A stretch of DNA of 64,000 bases from Octopus vulgaris. Taxonomy: Eukaryota. The DNA is taken from NCBI GenBank assembly GCA_951406725.2, contig OX597816.1, positions 173,228,001 to 173,292,000 on the forward strand, in the 5' to 3' direction. This document shows positions 52,333-63,728 of this stretch, piece after piece (position 1 is the stretch's first letter; each line of letters opens with the position of its first letter). The notes under the pieces are model-generated. The model saw nothing but the letters and a program-made list of their open reading frames with translations, was not told where the DNA came from and did no database searches. A program made the position numbers and the translations under genes.

Positions 52333-52745
52333 TAGGCACAGGAGTGGCTGTGTGGTAAGTAGCTTGCTAACCAACCACATGGTTCCGGGTTCAGTCCCAC
52401 TGCGTGGCATCTTGGGCAAGTGTCTTCTGCTATAGCCCCGAGCCGACCAAAGCCTTGTGAGTGGATTTGGTAGACGGAAACTGAAAGAAGCCTGTCGTAT
52501 ATATGTATATATATATATGTGTGTGCGTGTGTGTTTGTGTGTCTGTGTTTGTACCCCTAGCATTGCTTGACAACCTATGCTGGTGTGTTTACGTCCCCGT
52601 CACTTAGCGGTTCAGCAAAAGAGACCGATAGAATAAGTACTGGGCTTACAAAGAATAAGTCCCGGGGTCGATTTGCTCGACTAAAGGCGGTGCTCCAGCA
52701 TGGCCACAGTCAAATGACTGAAACAAGTAAAAGAGAGAGAGAGTA
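52333..52745 (+). mobile_element. SINE family A copy inserted in a hAT remnant
   Basis: Full-length match. Confidence 0.85.
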
Positions 52746-53240
52746 TTCTATGTAAGAGTTAAAAAAGCAAAGTATGAGTAATTTAAAGTATTACATTTAC
52801 ATCAGTGATTTGACTGAAGTTATGCCAGAACTCTTCAGTCACTGCAATCTTATTTAGACAATTCTATCAACAACTGCCTCTATAGAGTGGTCCTTTTCTG
52901 CATTAAAGAGAATTAAAATTTACCAAAGAAATGCAACAGGAGAGAAAAGACTTTCAAGGTTGGGTCTTATGTCAACTGGAAATGATTTACTCAAACAACT
53001 GATTAAAACAGAAGTTTTCTATGAGAATGTAATAAATAAATTTGCCCTGAAAGATCAAATGAGGTACATAAATAATGACTTTTTTATACATCTATTTTGA
53101 AAAATTTTAAAAGCATTAAAACACAGAGACCTCTATGGTGATGTTATGAAACTAATTTGGTTCTCTTAATTTAACCAATAGTTATTGCTTGACCAAGCTC
53201 AAAAATCACCACACACCATTACGTGTGTGTGTGTGTGTGT

Positions 53241-53580
53241 GAAGATGCATGGCTCAATTGTTAGAGCATCAGGATCACAATCATGAGGTAGTGAGTTTGA
53301 TCCCTAGACTAGGCTGTGTGTTGTGTTCTTGAGCAAGACACTTTATTTCACATTACTCCAGTTCACTCAGCTGTAGAAATGAGTTGCGACGTCACTGGTG
53401 CCAAGCTATATCGGCCGTTGCCTTTCTCTTGGATAACATCAGTGGCATGGAGAGGGGAGGCTTGTATGCATGGGTGACTGCTGGTCTTCCATAAATAACC
53501 TTGCTCAGACTTGTGCCTCAGACGGGAACTTTCTAGGTGCAATACCATGGTCATTCATGAGTAAAGGTCTTTACCCTTTA
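53241..53580 (+). mobile_element. tRNA-derived SINE family C
   Basis: tRNA-like head, CORE-like gtgttcttgagcaagacacttt, and gttcactcagctgtagaaatgag. Homologous to 57308-57638. Confidence 0.75.
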
Positions 53581-53783
53581 CTCTATATACACACACTCAC
53601 ACACACACGCATTTATACATATACACATATAAATACACAATCTGATTCTTTTCCCCTCCATCTACCAAAATCAACTCACAAGGATGACAGAGAGACAGTC
53701 AGACAAACAGACAGATAACCCAAAGTGTATTTTGTTTTACACAAATTATCTCGAAGTAACATAAAGAATATATTTACTATTAC

Positions 53784-53872
53784 CTGTTGTTGAACAGATG
53801 TGAACACTAATGGTTTAATGTCCATCCCAGACTTTCTTTTGTGAGATTTACCAGATTTAGATGTTTTTGAGG
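53784..53872 (-). CDS. Minus-strand host gene, exon C (SSKTSKSGKSHKRKSGMDIKPLVFTSVQQQ)
   Basis: Acceptor ttttgtatatctctacAG, donor CAG|GTAATA, 89 nt, phases 1/0. Confidence 0.82.
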
Positions 53873-53974
53873 CTGTAGAGATATACAAAACATAAATGAA
53901 AAATATTTCTTTCATATACTGTATGTCAGGTTGAATAATTATACCTACCATAATGGCTCATCCCTGTTATATAA

Positions 53975-54266
53975 ATACTTTCACTTTAATTGTTGCACAC
54001 TTGCAAAGAGAAAGGAGGAGAAAGTGTAGTGGTAATGGAAGGAGTGAAGCACTTGAAATGAGAGAGGCAAATCGTAAAATATTGAGTTTTCTCGAATTTT
54101 TGCTTAATTGGGGGTCAAACTGAAAAAACTTTACATGCCATGACCCAATGGAATCTACTTGGAAAAATCATAGGTAAATTCCAATTGAAGAAATTCTATA
54201 TTGTACAATTGTATAAAAAACGAACGATTTGGGAGGCAGAGAAAATCTGCCTTTTATCATAAGAGA
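53975..54266 (-). mobile_element. Helitron 5' fragment homologous to 41055-41387
   Basis: Shares ttcactttaat.gttgcacacttgcaaagagaaaggaggagaaa and the terminal gggaggcaga...tctgccttttat.ataagagat. Confidence 0.7.
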
Positions 54267-54811
54267 TGTATTTCAAACATTGTACATACTGTACTATTTA
54301 TCACACAGTTCACTATACAAGACAATTCAACATCATATATTACACAGAATATAAAACTACATGCCACACTGTATATTACACTATAAGAGTACTATACGAG
54401 CGTGATCATTGCCAGAGCAACAATCTGGCCTCCGTGCCGATGGCATGTAAAAAGTACCATTCGAGCATGATCGTTACATGCGTCACCTTACTGGCACTTG
54501 TGCTGGTGGTACGTAAAAACACAATTGAGCAAGGTGGTTGCCATTCCCCCTGGACTGGCTCCTGTGCAGGTGGCACATAAAAAGCACCATTTGAGCATGG
54601 CCACTGCCAGTACCGCCTGACTGGCCCTCATGCCAGTGGCACGTAAAAGCACCCACTACACTCCTGGGAGTGGTTGGCGTTAGGAAGGGCATCCAACTGT
54701 AGAAACTCTGCCAGATCAGATTGGAGTCTGGTGCAGCCATCCGGTTCACTAGACCTCAGTGAAATCGTCCAACCCATGCTAGCATGGAAAGCGGACATTA
54801 AATGATGATGA

Positions 54812-55878
54812 TTAAGGCAGACTGTATGATGCATGTGTACGAACAGCTATGCTACATGGCAGTGAAACATGGGCCATGACTGCTGAGGACATGCGTAAGC
54901 TCGTGAGGAACGAAGCCAGTATGCTCCGATGGATGTGTAATGTCAGTGTACTTACTCGACAGAGCGTTAGTACCTTGAGAGAAATGTTGTACCTAAGAAG
55001 CATCAGTTGTTGTGTGCAAGAGAGACGATTGCGCTGGTATGGTCATGTGGCGAGAATGGATGAAGATAGGTGTGTGAGAAAGTGCCAATCCCTAGCAGTT
55101 GAGGGAACCCGTGGAAGAGGTAGACCCAGGAAAACCTGGGACGAGGTGGTGAAGCACGACCTTCGGACGTTAGGTCTCACCATGGAAATGACTAGAGACC
55201 GAGACCTATGGAAGTATGCTGTGCGTGAGAAGACCCGGCAAGACTAGTGAAGCCATAATCCGTGGCCCCTACCTGGGACGTAGTCAGTCCACCTGTGCAT
55301 ACCTTCCTTCTTGTGACACTTGTGAAGACCTGTTGAGGCAAGTGAGAATCGAATCGTATCGAATCAAATCGAACCAAATCAAAATAGATGAACATCAATG
55401 GAATTTGTATCCTTGTGGTACCAGTGCCGGTGGCACATAAGAAAACCATCCGAACGTGACCGTAGCCAGTACCGCAATGACTGGCCTCCGTGCTGAGGGC
55501 ACGTAACAAACACCATCCGAGCGTGGCCGTCCGCCAGCCTCGTGTGGCACCTGTGTCGGTGACACATAAGAAAACACCATCCGAGCGTGGCCGTCTGCCA
55601 GCCTCGTCTGGCACCTGTGTCGGTGGCACATAAAAAACACCATCCGAGCGTGGCCGTCTGCCAGCCTCGTCTGGCACCTGTGTCGGTGGCACATAAAATC
55701 ACCCACTACACTCTCGGAGTGGTTGGCGTTAGGAAGGGCATCCAGCTGTAGAAACACTGCCACATCTGACTGGCCTGGTGCAGCCTTCGGGCTTCCCAGA
55801 CCCCAGTTGAACCGTCCAACCCATGCTAGCATGGAAAGCGGACGTTAAACGATGATGATGATGATGATGATGATGATA
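54812..55878 (+). mobile_element. Young 5'-truncated RTE LINE, directly after another RTE 3' UTR (54395-54811)
   Basis: Open C-terminal frame MLHGSETW...RRLRWYGHVARM...GRGRPRKTW...RQD* (stop 55247), five-core UTR array, (GAT)n tail. Confidence 0.9.
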
Positions 55879-56015
55879 TAACAGGCCACATTATACACTA
55901 TAAAATACATTATATACTGCAAAATAAGCTATCCACTGCCATTATACTTTATACCACTCTATATATTACACATTACACACAATACTACATACACACTACT
56001 GCTATACTATACACC

Positions 56016-57000
56016 CAGTGGCAGATCTACAATATTGGGGCCCCCTTTACAACCAGCAACAGCAGAGTAAAATCCAATATGGGTCAAAAAATTTTCATGC
56101 CCATGTAAGGTACTCCAGCTTGAGGTTCTGATAGCCCAAATGGTGGAGTTGTGATGTGGAGTCCTTAAAAATGAATCTGAAAGCAAGCCCTCTTTCCAGG
56201 CTATGTCGTATACTCTTAGAGTTATGGGGGTTAAAAATTAGGGAAGTGTTATATAATGCATGATGCATCATTAAGATACATAGAAAATTACAAAATACTT
56301 CTTTTTCTGGTTTTTGTAGCAACAGTTTTGTCATATGACAGCTTCCTTGCAATGCCATTTTCTAGAGACAATATGCATAAGGAATTTCGTCATTCTTCAG
56401 TCATGGTTGGCTGAAATTCATTCTTTACAAAGGAAAGCTTTGAGGAACTCCTTTCTGCATCACATCTTGTGATAGGCATTGTCAAGTACAGCTTATGTGC
56501 AGTGGTAATATTAGGGGACACCTCAATTAATTGTTGCTCATAAATAAGCTGAAGAACTTCTGTGCAATGCATTTTAGATGGTGTTTTCTTCTGTGTTCCA
56601 AGATGTCCTAAAGTGTAAATAGTCTTTGAACTGATATCACTCATTTATTGATTCAAATTCTGAATTGTTTATCAATTCTGAGAGAAACTTCAACTTTTTT
56701 GCAATCTGCTCATATGGGTCCATCCTCTTGCTTAAATGGATTATCAAACAGTCATAGACTTGATTTAGAACTTATGTCCTAAATTTTTCAGCCCCTTTCA
56801 AAGAAGCCCTATCACTTGTTCCATCTGCTAATTTCTTTGTAACAACATGTTTGGAAACATCAGAATAATTTGAGGTGATATATTCACATAAATATTTTGT
56901 TACTGATTCATAGTGTGCAATCCTGTTGGCTGAATTTTCTCATAGTTCTTTAACAAATGAAAGCAAAGATGCTAGCAGAAGGTAACCCAGGACTTTTGGA
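56016..57000 (-). mobile_element. Decayed hAT element, 3' part
   Basis: PNITTAHKLYLTMPITRCDAERSSSKLSFVKN..PTMTEE, terminus cagtggcagatct, subterminal ggggccccc. Confidence 0.72.
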
Positions 57001-57307
57001 AGTCCACATAACAAAACAGCTTCGTTTCTTTCTCTATTTTACATAGATCAACAACCTACACAAGATAATGTGTGATTTTGAAAGAAGTTCCTATAAAACC
57101 AGTTTTTAAGCATTAAATGGCTATGGGGGTCCACCAGAATGAATTAGTAATCAAAGAGGTCCATAGATAAAAAATGGTTGAGAACCCTGCTCTAGATTGT
57201 AAGAAGGAGAAAGAGAAGTAATACCAATCTTAGATAAGCACTGACAATAGTAGTAGTGGTGGAAAAAAGCGACACAACTCAACAGTGGTTTTAGTGGGAT
57301 AGTGAGT

Positions 57308-57638
57308 GAGGAGGAGGCGACCCCTTCGGTCATGAATGACCATGGGATTGCACCTAGAAAGTTACCCTCCAAGGCAAGGTTGTTTGTGGAAGGCCATCAG
57401 TCGCCCATGTATACCAGCCTCCCCTCTCCACGCCACTGATGTTATCCAAGGGAAAAGCAAAGGCCAAAATAGCTTGGCACCAGTGATGTTGCAACTCATT
57501 TCTGCAGCTGAGTTAACAGGAGCAATGTGAAATAAAGTATCTTGCTCAAAAGCACAAAATGCAGCCCAGTCCAGGAATCGAACTCACAACTCACGATCGT
57601 AAGCTCGACACTCTAACCACTGAGCCATGTGCCTTCAC
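57308..57638 (-). mobile_element. SINE family C copy
   Basis: TSD atagtgagt, tRNA-like head (tggctcagtggttaga; gagttcgattcc), (CCT)n tail. Confidence 0.8.
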
Positions 57639-57696
57639 ATAGTGAGTACAGCTTTATAAAACACATTTTCCATTTGTTTGGATGCATTCACATATC

Positions 57697-57927
57697 TCTT
57701 TCTTTACTACCCTCAAGGGGCTAAACACAGAGAGGACAAACAAGGACAGACAAACATATTAAGTTGATTATATCGACCCCAGTACGTAACTGGTACTTAT
57801 TTAATCAACCCCGAAAGGATGAAAGGCAAAGTCGACCTCGGCGGAATTTGAACTCAGAACGTAGCGGCAGACGAAATACCGCTAAGCATTTCGCCCGGCG
57901 CGCTAACGATTCTGCCAGTTCGCCACC
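57697..57927 (-). mobile_element. SINE family B copy
   Basis: Full length, TSD ttcacatatct. Confidence 0.85.
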
Positions 57928-58074
57928 TTTCACATATCTGTTGAGGTTGTGTGCTTAGTCAGCCCTCAAGGAGTATACCTTTGATGAAAGATGGTCCAGT
58001 AGTTAGACTCCTATCTTCTTCATAGACAAAGTGTATTTAGAATTACCTTCTCCAATGTCTTATTGTTGCTGTTA

Positions 58075-58262
58075 TTGTTGTTTAATCTCTGACCACCTAT
58101 GATTGGTTGACCTGTGGTTAAAGTCATTCCAGCAGTGACAATCTCAGCTTTTTACTTAGATACAATGTATCAAGAAAAACATCTAACATGTCCTGTTTAA
58201 AAAGACTTGAGAGCATGGTGAGAGAGAGATTTGGCTATTATTCCTGGCAGGTCAAGTGACTC
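58075..58262. mobile_element. Old interspersed repeat family E (other copies near 14620-14700, 27540-27715, 28725-28850, 31190-31400, 36735-36880)
   Basis: Recurrent gttgtttagcc...gacctatgatcaaa..cattccagc..tgac...gatttggctgctatttctagc motif, highly diverged. Confidence 0.55.
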
Positions 58263-58343
58263 AATACAGCATTTTCATTGACTGGATATTTGTGTGTGTG
58301 TGTATGTGTGTGTGTATGTGTGTGTGTGTGTGTCTGTGTGTGT

Positions 58344-58382
<39 letters not shown>

Positions 58383-58441
58383 TGTGTGTGTGTGTACACA
58401 AATATACATTTTTGGTAACAAAACAATATCTTTTTACTTAC

Positions 58442-58557
58442 AGGTTGATCGCTTCTTTGACCTCAGTTTAGGTGGTGGTACTAATGCGGTGGATATCGGC
58501 TCACTTTGATACCTTAGGAAACTGCTGTAGGGTCTGTTAACTGGAAAGGGCTTCCAT
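58442..58557 (-). CDS. Minus-strand host gene, exon B (WKPFPVNRPYSSFLRYQSEPISTALVPPPKLRSKKRST)
   Basis: Acceptor tttttcttgatgttcacAG, donor GTAAGT, 116 nt. Only one frame is open; phases 2/1 fit the neighbours. Confidence 0.82.
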
Positions 58558-59204
58558 CTGTGAACATCAAGAAAAACTAACATAAAAAATATGTTAACAC
58601 TAGCTTAACTACTATTTTTCAGACTGATGAATATCCTCAATTATTATCTTGACTCAATGATTCATCATCATCATTGATTAATGTCCGCCTTCCATGCTGG
58701 CATGGGTTGGATGATTTAACTGAGGACTGGCGAACTGGATGGCTGCACCAGGCTCCAATCTGATCTGGCAGAGTTTCTACAGTTGGATGCCCTTCCTAAC
58801 GCCAAACACTCTGAGAGTGTAGTGGGTGCTTTTACATGCCACTGGCATGAGGGCCAGTCAGGTGGTACTGGCAATAGCCATGCTCAAATTGTGTTTTTTA
58901 TGTGCCACCTGCACAGGAGCCAGACCACCAGCACTGGCAATAACCTTGCTCAAATATTTACATATATACATATACACACATATATATATATATACCTCCT
59001 CTTGCACTCTCCTGTCTTTGAAAGAACTTTTTCTTCACCCATTCCCTTTCGGTCATTTCAATATGTGACCATGTGTGTATCATTGGCGATTTTCTTTCTC
59101 TGTCTTCCCTTCCTTGGACTTTTTCTTTTTTTCTATATTTCTGACGAAGAGCTCCACTCAAAACATTAAATCCTCCTTCTTTCTTTCCTTTCCTGAGCAT
59201 CCAA

Positions 59205-59399
59205 TAATATACATATATACCTATACACACATATATATATATACATATATACATATATATACACATATATGCACACACATATATATACATACATATATAT
59301 ACACACATATACATACATATATATATACATACATACATACATATATATACATATTCATACATATATATACACACATATACATACATATATATATATACA

Positions 59400-59473
<74 letters not shown>

Positions 59474-59525
59474 CATACATTGACAACCTTTAGTACTTGA
59501 CTTATACATACATACATATATATAC

Positions 59526-59580
<55 letters not shown>

Positions 59581-59591
59581 CATATATATAC

Positions 59592-59630
<39 letters not shown>
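59205..59630. repeat. (TA)n/(CATA)n microsatellite block
   Basis: Direct reading. Confidence 0.95.
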
Positions 59631-59637
<7 letters not shown>

Positions 59638-60397
59638 TGCTATGCTAGGAAGGTTAGTCTTTGATGAGGAAGTCAAAATAGGATTAAAACATGTCTAGAG
59701 TTGTCTCCCATATTTGCTGGGGCTTGAGAAGGAATGAAAATAGTATCAACCATTAAGCAACATTGTCTTTTCCACCCCAAATATTCATTTATTTCTAATT
59801 TTTTAATAATTTTCCCAGCATAATTATTGTATCTTTTGATAGCTTGATTCTTTACACCACTTTGAAAAAGTCAAGTGTGATTCTAACTTCATGGAAACTG
59901 ATAAGACCCAGTTACATTTCAATAAGGATTCTTCAATTGTGGAAAGGTCTTAAAGTGACAATGGAGATTACACACAGCAATTTGAGACAATGTCCGTTGG
60001 CAAGAGACAAACCATGTCCGTTGGCAAGAGACAAACCATGAGTCTACCTCCCTTGTTGTTAGTGGGCTTGTTGATCTATCTTCTCTCTAAATAGAGCTTA
60101 CAATATTTAAAACCTTAGTAGTTAATTCAAAGCCTAGAAATATTTTCATTCTTATACTTCATGGTGTCATCATCATCATCATCACTCAGGACAATGCTAA
60201 CTTTTAGTTTAAACCTGTAGTGGATGTGTGTGTATGTAAATAAATGCATAAACTGTTTCATGATTAAAAAGGGATTTATTTACAGGGTTGTCAGTACACT
60301 ATATACAAATGTAAGCAAATGCTACGAATTGCTTGTATAGAACACATATTAAAATGAATATGTTTGTGTGTGTAGGTGTGTGTGTGTGTGCGTGAAT

Positions 60398-60856
60398 CAT
60401 TCGAAACAGTAGTCGATAGATACTGTGAGCATTTCTCTCTGTCTGCCAAAACGCGGGGCGAAATAGATCTGTGTGCTGCCGTCTCCGCTGTGATTGTGAT
60501 CTTTGTTTTCGCTGTTGTATTTATAATATTTGAGACAGCTAGAAAGATAGACATACTGCAACAGAGTTACTACCTAAGAAGGTCATCACTTGTCCAGTTG
60601 AACTTGGCCTGACATGGCTGAGGTCGCAGGTCAAAGGGAGATGATCAATCAATTTTTGACAGAACAAAGGAAACCTTTTTTCGTGCCTGTTGATCGTCGT
60701 GGTTTGGACGACCGAGAATTCTTGGATTCGGTTTCAAATCTAGGCTTAGAGAAGGAAGTGCTAATTCTTACACTACTAGTGAGAAAGCCACAGAGATCGA
60801 ACGATATTGGAATGTTATTTTTTGGCGTGTATGCAGAAAAAATTTACACATTGTAA
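60398..60856 (+). mobile_element. Possible 5' UTR and ORF1 start of a non-LTR element
   Basis: CpG-rich segment after (TG)n. ATG at 60614 opens MAEVAGQREMINQFLTEQRKPFFVPVDRRGLDDREFLDSV...; no motif recognised. Confidence 0.3.
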
Positions 60857-60880
60857 CAGACAAATGAACAATAAAAACCT

Positions 60881-60967
60881 GTTACTCTGAGTTTCCCGTT
60901 GCCGTTCATCGGACAGTTTTTGCTAGAAAAACTGTCCGATGAACGGCAACGGGAAACTCAGAGTAAC
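60881..60967. repeat. Second copy of the palindromic hammerhead-like element
   Basis: 41-bp perfect arms with loop gctag; the core reads CCGATGA...GAAAC. Confidence 0.8.
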
Positions 60968-61345
60968 TTTTAGTTTATGCAGGAGATAATCTACTGCTAC
61001 TGCTATCCAAGTGGCCTCAATGCAAAGACAAGCAGTGACAAATACACATACACAACTCTCACACACATCTGTGTTTTATATTGTTACTGCCAAAGTTCCT
61101 GTTCCTCAGAGCTGGCTGGCCTCGAACCTCCTCTTTTAGGCTACCTCAACCCACTTGTCTCTCCAGTTTGTCACCCATGTTGAGCTCCACCACCACTACT
61201 ACTACCATGCTATACTATACGCTATATACTCAGTCTTTCTTTTCCAGAATTTTTTGCTCTGGGAGTCTCTTCCCCTGCTTATAACTTTCCAGCAGGTGTT
61301 GACCTGCAACAGTTTAAATAAACATCAATGGCATGAAATTCACCA

Positions 61346-61576
61346 GGCGGCGAGCTGGCAGAACCATTAGCACGCCGGGCGAAATGCGTAACCGTATTTC
61401 GTCTGCTGTTACGTTCTGAGTTCAAATTCCGCCGAGGTTGACTTTGCCTTTCATCCTTTCGGGGTCGATTAAATAAGTACCAGTTAAGCACTGGGGTCGA
61501 TATAATCAACATAATCCGTTTGTCTGTCCTTGTTTGTCCCTTCTGTGTGTAGCCCCTTGTGGGTAGTAAAGAAATA
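61346..61576 (+). mobile_element. tRNA-derived SINE family B (Meta-domain-like), young copy
   Basis: 16-bp TSD ggcatgaaattcacca. A box tggcagaacc, B box gagttcaaatt. The central ggttgactttgcctttcatcctttcggggtcgattaaataagtacc resembles the Meta/Sauria SINE domain. Confidence 0.85.
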
Positions 61577-61950
61577 GGCATGAAATTCACCAGTTGTAGA
61601 GAGCCTGCAAAATTCAGAGGCACTACCTCTTCCTCCAGACTCAGCAAGTAAAAAAAAATGCAACAGACTTCTGTACAGTTTCTGTCAATCAAATTTCACT
61701 CACATTGCATGGTCAGTTCAAGGTCATTATAGAAGAGACTTTCCCAAGGTACTGCACAATGGGATTGAACCCAGATTCATATTGTTGTGAAGCAAACTTC
61801 TCAACGACAAAATCATGCCAATGCCAATTTGTAATTTTGATCATAGTCATAAAAAATTTACACACACACACACATTTAGAGATGATGACTTATTCTCTAT
61901 ATTGGCTGATATATAAACAAGAATATAGAAATATTAATTAAAATTACATT

Positions 61951-62370
61951 CATAGGAGTGGCTGTGTGGTAAGTAGCTTGCCTACCAACCACATGGTTCT
62001 GGGTTCAGTCCCACTGTGTGGCATCTTGGGCAAGTGTCTTCTGCTATAGCCTCGGGCCGACCAATGCCTTGTGAGTGGATTTGGTAGATGGAAACTGAAA
62101 GAAGCCTGTCGTATATATGTATATATATGTATGTATGTGTATGTATGTGTTTGTGTGTCTGTGTTTATCCCTCTAGCATTGCTTGACAACCGATGCTGGT
62201 GTGTTTACGTCCCCGTCACTTAGCGGTTCGGCAAAAGAGACCAATAGAATAAGTACTGGGCTTACAAAGAATAAGTCCCGGGGTCGATTTGCTCGACTAA
62301 AGGCGGTGCTCCAGCATGGCTGCAAGTCAAATGACTGAAACAAGTAAAAGAGTAAAAAGAGTAAAGAGTA
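61951..62370 (+). mobile_element. SINE family A copy
   Basis: Full-length match. Confidence 0.85.
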
Positions 62371-62899
62371 ATGAGAGAGAGAGAGAGAGAGAGAAAAATC
62401 ACTATTTCAGTGATCAATTTTGGTCAGAAATTAATTAAAAAATAGAAAGCAGTGGGGAGTGAGATTGATATGTAGCATTACATGGGAAATATTTTGGGTC
62501 TTATTAGAGCTCATCAGCAAAGCATAGGGTAATCCCTTCCTGTCAGACCTTACAATGAATAAACTAATATAATATTTTAGTAAAGGACATAGAGAATGAC
62601 TAAGAATACCTTGGAATGCTTGTTGTAATTGTGAGAAGAACAACTAATAAAATGGCTACTAATATAGTTAATGATGTGAGTCAAGACATTCTATTTAATT
62701 TAAATTTTACTTGTAGTGATGAGGCAAAAAATGATTATCTTAATCATTAATTCTGATCAAGAATGGTAGGGGAGGCAACTCTGGAATTTAAAACTAATCT
62801 GACTGAAAGAGTATTTTTTTCCCTCAAAATGCATTGCAGCTGATGAAGATATTTGAGAAAAGTTGTATAGGTATACTGATAGTTCCAACTGACACTCAC

Positions 62900-62970
62900 G
62901 AGTTCTCTGTCCGTGTAACAGCAGCACCATCTCCAGGGAGGAAGCTTTCTGACTTTGAGGTGGCATCTTT
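62900..62970 (-). CDS. Minus-strand host gene, exon A (KDATSKSESFLPGDGAAVTRTENS); the gene continues beyond the window
   Basis: Acceptor cttcctgttcattactaatAG, donor GTGAGT, 71 nt. It ends in phase 2, matching the next exon. Confidence 0.75.
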
Positions 62971-63358
62971 CTATTAGTAATGAACAGGAAGACACATATA
63001 TATATATATAAGATAAACAGGTAGATGTGTAGATGAATGATAAACAAATATGTGTTAATGAGTAACAAATAGATCATCTGCCTGTTCACGATAAACAACT
63101 AAATAATCCATATCCTATCACTAAATAGTAGCAAGATGAAGTAAAGAAGAAACAGAGTTTCATGTTACATTTTACAACTAACAATTGATTTTCTTTATTC
63201 AATGCATACAAAGTTATTTATAAATGACACCATACAATTGGTTAATTAACCATTACCTAATATATGAGTAACTAAAATATTTATATATTACATAATGGAT
63301 ATCTGATTTAGTGAAATATCTACACATCTAATATTTCAGTTAAGGCTATATTGATACA

Positions 63359-63728
63359 GTGGAGGCGCAATGGCCCAGTGGTTAGGGCAGCGGAATCGCG
63401 GTCGTAGGATCGCGGTTTCGATTCCCAGACCGGGCGTTGTGAGTGTTTATTGAGCGAAAACACCTAAAGCTCCACGAGGCTCCGGCAGGGATGGTGGTGA
63501 TCCCTGCTGTATTCTTTCACCACAACTTTCTCTTGTTTCTGTTGTACCTGTATTTCAAAGGCCGGTCTTGTCACTCTCTGTGTCACGCTGAATATCGGGT
63601 ACACGTTAAGGGTACACGTGTCTGTGGAGTGCTCAGCCACTTACACGTTAATTTCACGAGCAGGCTGTTCCATTGATCGGATCAACCGGAACCCTCGTCG
63701 TCGTAACCGACGGAGTGCTTCCATTTCC
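63359..63728 (+). mobile_element. Young CpG-rich tRNA-derived SINE family D (possibly octopus OR-type)
   Basis: 11-bp TSD atattgataca, A box tggcccagtgg, B box gtttcgattcc, ttcca tail repeats. Confidence 0.82.

Larger units (their letters stand above)
50860..53215 (+). mobile_element. Highly decayed hAT transposase remnant, interrupted by an RTE UTR and a SINE A
   Basis: hATC dimerisation motif TILSTTASIEWSFSALKRIKIYQRNATGEKRLSRLGLMS at ~52855-52980. Boundaries are approximate. Confidence 0.65.

Noticed and set aside
63359-63440. tRNA gene (also the heads of SINE families A, B and C)
   Set aside because: No proper acceptor stem or cloverleaf; it continues into a SINE body with a tail and TSD.
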